Shown: positions 59,371 through 64,000 of the stretch, piece by piece
How the letters are laid out: each line of letters opens with the position of its first letter
How positions within the stretch are numbered: position 1 is the stretch's first letter
Source: Eledone cirrhosa
Lineage: Eukaryota
NCBI GenBank assembly: GCA_964016885.1
Contig: OZ024740.1
Location: 415,896,001 to 415,960,000, forward strand
DNA length: 64,000 nt
Reading direction: 5' to 3'
Program-made: the position numbers and the translations under genes
Notes under the pieces: model-generated
Told to the model about the DNA's origin: nothing
The model's database searches: none
The model's input: the letters and a program-made list of their open reading frames with translations, nothing else

Positions 59371-61480
59371 CCTTTTGAATTGCTAAATTTATTTACTACT
59401 CAAACCTTTAGAATTGCTAAATTTATTTACTATTCAAACCTTTAGAATTGCTAAATTTATTTACTAGTCACACCTTTAGAATTGCTAAATGTATTTACTA
59501 CTCACACCTTTAGAATTGCTAAATTTATTTACTAATCAAACCTTTAGAATTGCTAAATTAATTTACTATTCAAACCTTTAGAATTGCTAAATTTATTTAA
59601 TAGTCACACCTTTAGAATTGCTAAATGTATTTACTACTCATACCTTTAGAATTGCTAAATCTATTAACTACTCAAACCTTTAGAATCGCTAAATCTATTT
59701 ACTACTCAAACCTTTGGTATTGCTAAATTTATTACTACTCAAACCTTTAGAATTGCTAGATTTATTAACTACTCAAATCTTTAGAATTGCTCAAATTATT
59801 TACTACTCAAACCTTTAGAATTGCTAAATTTATTTACTATTCAAACCTTTAGAATTGCTAAATTTATTTACTACTCAAACCTTTAGAATTGCTAAATTTA
59901 TTTACTACTCAAACCTTTAGAATTGCTAAATGTATTTACTACTAACACCTTTAGAATTGCTAAATTTATTTACTACTCAAACCTTTAGAATTGCTAAATT
60001 TATTAACTACTCAAACCTTTAGAATTGCTAAATGTATTTACTACTCAAACCTTTGGAATTGCTAAATTTATTTGCTACTCAAACCTTTAGAATTGCTAAA
60101 TTTATTTACTACTCAAACCGTTAGAATTGCTAAATTTATTTACTACTCAAACCTTTAGAATTGCTAAATTTATTTACTACTCAAACCTTTAGAATTTGTA
60201 AATTTATTTACAACTCAAACCTTTAGAATTGCTAAATTTATTAACTACTGAAACCTTTAGAATTGCTAAATTTATTCACTACTCAAACCTTTAGAATTGC
60301 TAAATTTATTTACTACTCAAACCTTTAGAATTGCTAAATTTATTAAATACTCAAACCTTTAGAATTGCTCAAATTATTTACTACTCAAACCTTTAGAATT
60401 GCTAAATTTATTAACTGCTCAAACCTTTAGAATTGCTAAACGTATTTACTACTCAAACCTTTGGAATTGCTAAATTTATTTACTACTCAAACCTTTAGAA
60501 TTGATAAATTTATTTACTACTCAAACCTTTAGAATTGCTAAATTTATTTACTATTCAAACCTTTAGAATTGCTAAATTTATTCACTACTCAAACCTTTAG
60601 AATTGCTAAATTTATTTACTACTCAAACCTTTAGAATTGCTAAATTTATTAACTACTCAAACCTTTAGAATTGCTAAATTTATTACTACTCAAACCTTTA
60701 GAATTGCTAAATTTATTAACTACTCAAACCTTTAGAATTGCTAAATTTATTTACTACTCAAACCTTTAGAATTGCTAAATTTATTCACTATTAAAACCCT
60801 TAGAATTGATGAATTTATTTACTACTCAAACCTTTAGAATTGCTAAATTTATTTATTACTCAAACCTTTAGAATTGCTAAATTTATTACTACTCAAACCT
60901 TTAGAATTGCTAAATTTATTAACTACTCAAACCTTTAGAATTGCTAAATTTATTTACAACTCAAACCTTTAGAATTGCTAAATTTATTCACTACTCAAAC
61001 CTTTAGAATTGCTAAATTTATTCACTACTCAAACCTTTTGAATTGCTAAATTTATTTACTACTCAAACCTTTAGAATTGCTAAATTTATTTACTATTCAA
61101 ACCTTTAGAATTGCTAAATTTATTTACTAGTCACACCTTTAGAATTGCTAAATGTATTTACTACTCACACCTTTAGAATTGCTAAATTTATTTACTAATC
61201 AAACCTTTAGAATTGCTAAATTAATTTACTATTCAAACCTTTAGAATTGCTAAATTTATTTAATAGTCACACCTTTAGAATTGCTAAATGTATTTACTAC
61301 TCATACCTTTAGAATTGCTAAATTTATTTACTACTCAAACCTTTAGAATTGCTAAATTTATTTACTATTCAAACCTTTAGAATTGCTAAATCTATTAACT
61401 ACTCAAACCTTTAGAATCGCTAAATCTATTTACTACTCAAACCTTTGGTATTGCTAAATTTATTACTACTCAAACCTTTA
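58740..61480. repeat. Local duplication, offset 1663 bp (49 monomers)
   Basis: ACTGCTC at 58751/60414, CACTATTAAAACCC at 59123/60786 and TAATAGTC at 59598/61261 all have offset 1663. Confidence 0.85.
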
Positions 61481-63070
61481 GAATTGCTAAATTTATTAAC
61501 TACTCAAACCTTTAGAATTGCTAAATTTATTTACTACTCAAACCATTAGAATTGATGAATTTATTTACTAGTCAAACCTTTAGAATTGCTAAATTTATTC
61601 ACTATTCAAACCTTTAGAATTGCTAAACTTATTTACTACTCAAACCTTTAGAATTGCTAAATGTATTTACTACTAACACCTTTAGAATTGCTAAAATTAT
61701 TTACTACTCAAACCTTTAGAATTGCTAAATTTATTTACTATTCAAACCTTTAGAATTGCTAAATTTATTAACTACTCAAACCTTTAGAATTGCTAAATGT
61801 TTTTACTACTCAAACCTTTGGAATTGCTCAAATTATTTACTACTCAAACCTTTAGAATTGCTAAATTTATTAACTACTCAAACCTTTAGAATTGCTAAAT
61901 GTATTTACTACTCAAACCTTTGGAATTGCTAAATTTATTTGCTACTCAAACCTTTAGAATTGCTAAATTTATTTACTACTCAAACCGTTAGAATTGCTAA
62001 ATTTATTTACTACTCAAACCTTTAGAATTGCTAAATTTATTTACTAGTCACACCTTTAGAATTGCTAAATGTATTTACTACTCATACCTTTAGAATTGAT
62101 AAATTTATTTACTACTCAAACCTTTAGAATTGGTAAATGTATTTACTACTCAAACCTTTAGAATTGCTAAATTTATTTACTATTCAAACCTTTAGAATTG
62201 TTAAATTTATTAACTAATCAAACCTTTAGAATTGCTAAATGTATTTACTACTCAAACCTTTGGAATTGCTAAATTTATTACTACTCAAACCTTTAGAATT
62301 GCTAAATTTATTAACTACTCAAACCTTTAGAATTGCAAAATTTATTTACTACTCAAACCTTTAGAATTGCTAAATTTATTCACTACTCAAACCTTTTGAA
62401 TTGCTAAATTAATTTACTACACAAACCTTTAGAATTGCTAGATTTATTAACTACTCAAATCTTTAGAATTGCTCAAATTATTTACTACTCAAACCTTTAG
62501 AATTGCTAAATTTATTTACTATTCAAACCTTTAGAATTGCTAAATTTATTTACTACTCAAACCTTTAGAATTGCTAAATTTATTTACTACTCAAACCTTT
62601 AGAATTGCTAAATGTATTTACTACTAACACCTTTAGAATTGCTAAATTTATTTACTACTCAAACCTTTAGAATTGCTAAATTTATTAACTACTCAAACCT
62701 TTAGAATTGCTAAATGTATTTACTACTCAAACCTTTGGAATTGCTAAATTTATTTGCTACTCAAACCTTTAGAATTGCTAAATTTATTTACTACTCAAAC
62801 CGTTAGAATTGCTAAATTTATTTACTACTCAAACCTTTAGAATTGCTAAATTTATTTACTACTCAAACCTTTAGAATTTGTAAATTTATTTACAACTCAA
62901 ACCTTTAGAATTGCTAAATTTATTAACTACTGAAACCTTTAGAATTGCTAAATTTATTCACTACTCAAACCTTTAGAATTGCTAAATTTATTTACTACTC
63001 AAACCTTTAGAATTGCTAAATTTATTAACTACTCAAACCTTTAGAATTGCTCAAATTATTTACTACTCAA
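59750..63070. repeat. A roughly 640-bp block of distal-type monomers (about 59,750-60,390) repeated at offset 2682 bp
   Basis: CTAGATTT at 59756/62438 and CCGTTAG at 60118/62800 have offset 2682. CAAATCTTT, TTTGCTAC, GAATTTGTAA and CTGAAACC follow in the same order in both copies. Confidence 0.85.
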
Positions 63071-64000
63071 ACCTTTAGAATTGCTAAACTTATTTACTAC
63101 TCAAACCTTTAGAATTGCTAAATGTATTTACTACTAACACCTTTAGAATTGCTAAATTTATTTACTACTCAAACCTTTAGAATTGCTAAATTTATTTACT
63201 ACTCAAACCTTTAGAATTGCTAAATTTATTAACTACTCAAACCTTTAGAATTGCTAAAATTATTTACTATTCAAACCTTTAGAATTGCTAAATTTATTTA
63301 ATATTCAAACCTTTAGAATTGCTAAATTTATTAACTACTCAAACCTTTAGAATTGCTAAATGTTTTTACTACTCAAACCTTTGGAATTGCTCAAATTATT
63401 TACTACTCAAACCTTTAGAATTGCTAAATTTATTAACTACTCAAACCTTTAGAATTGCTAAATGTATTTACTACTCAAACCTTTGGAATTGCTAAATTTA
63501 TTTACTACTCAAACCTCTAGAACTGCTAAATTTATTTACTAATCAAACCTTTAGAATTACTAAATATATTTACTACTCAAACCTTTTGAATTTGTAAATT
63601 TATTTACTACTCAAACCTTTAGAATTGCTTAATTTAATAACTACTCAAACCTTTAGAATTGCTAAATTTATTCACTTCTTAAACCTTTAGAATTGCTAAA
63701 TTTATTTACTACTCAAACCTTTAGAATTGCTCAAATTATTTACTACTCACACCTTTAGAATTGCTAAATTTATTTACTAATCAAACCTTTAGAATTGCTA
63801 AATTTATTTACTATTCAAACCTTTAGAATTGCTAAATTTATTTACTAGTCACTCCTTTAGAATTGCTAAATGTATTTACTAATCACACCTTTAGAATTGC
63901 TAAATTTATTTACAACTCAAACCTTTAGAATTGCTAAATTTATTAACTACTGAAACCTTTAGAATTGCTAAATTTATTCACTACTCAAACCTTTAGAATT

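Larger units (their letters stand above)
1..64000. repeat. 34-bp AT-rich tandem satellite array, consensus GAATTGCTAAATTTATTTACTACTCAAACCTTTA, about 1,880-1,890 copies, truncated by both window edges
   Basis: The unit starts at 1, 35, 69 and so on, and continues to base 64000. Most monomers differ from consensus by 0-3 substitutions, and a minority are 33 bp or 32 bp. I saw no unique sequence or inverted segment. Confidence 0.99.

Noticed and set aside
1-64000. CRISPR array (34-bp repeat length with an internal palindrome)
   Set aside because: Units abut directly with no unique spacers. The more variable part of each unit is a near-identical copy, and there is no leader or cas gene.
1-64000. 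Repeat-protein coding sequence on either strand
   Set aside because: 34 is not a multiple of 3, so any frame cycles through all phases every 102 bp. The plus strand has TAA and TAG and the minus strand has TAA, TAG and TGA in each monomer, so ORFs are only tens of codons under the standard code. The 33/32-bp units add frameshifts.
1-64000. Telomerase-type telomeric repeat (CTAAA and AAACC resemble plant CCCTAAA, and the plus strand has C>G skew)
   Set aside because: There are no tandem CCCTAAA or CCCTAA units. Variants are inherited in kilobase blocks, which indicates DNA-level duplication rather than templated addition of one unit. A subtelomeric location is not excluded.
1-64000. Pure sequencing, amplification or assembly artefact such as a rolling-circle concatemer
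   Set aside because: Paralogous blocks carry private substitutions (e.g. CCTATAG near 1387 versus CCTATGG near 3628) and whole-monomer indels, with many different nested periods. A concatemer would have a single period. Individual duplications could still be misassembled.
1-64000. Embedded transposon, inversion or unique island
   Set aside because: I saw no non-monomer sequence and no reverse-orientation monomer (TAAAGGTTTGAG) while reading through the window.
1-64000. Variant order as an information-bearing code or recording system
   Set aside because: The order is adequately explained by nested duplication of existing variants. There is no polarity of acquisition, foreign sequence or associated enzyme gene in the window.

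Overview
The whole 64-kb window is one uninterrupted, head-to-tail, AT-rich tandem repeat (satellite) array. The monomer is 34 bp, consensus GAATTGCTAAATTTATTTACTACTCAAACCTTTA (8/34 = about 24% GC), with roughly 1,880-1,890 copies in one orientation running off both window edges. I found no genes, RNA genes, mobile elements or CRISPR spacers. The information is in the order of variant monomers. Rare substitutions and 1-2 bp deletions act as barcodes that reveal nested duplications: a 136-bp (4-monomer) motif, a roughly 0.95-1.0 kb two-paralogue cassette, local tandem duplications of 1.6-4.7 kb with no fixed period, and long-range copies offset by about 18.8, 22.4, 24.6 and 28.2 kb. A more diverged layer with its own variants appears after about 59.6 kb. 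The organisation resembles eukaryotic centromeric, pericentromeric or subtelomeric satellite, but the organism and function cannot be determined from the sequence. I see no evidence of a protein-coding novel system. All offsets were counted by hand from marker positions, and block boundaries are approximate.
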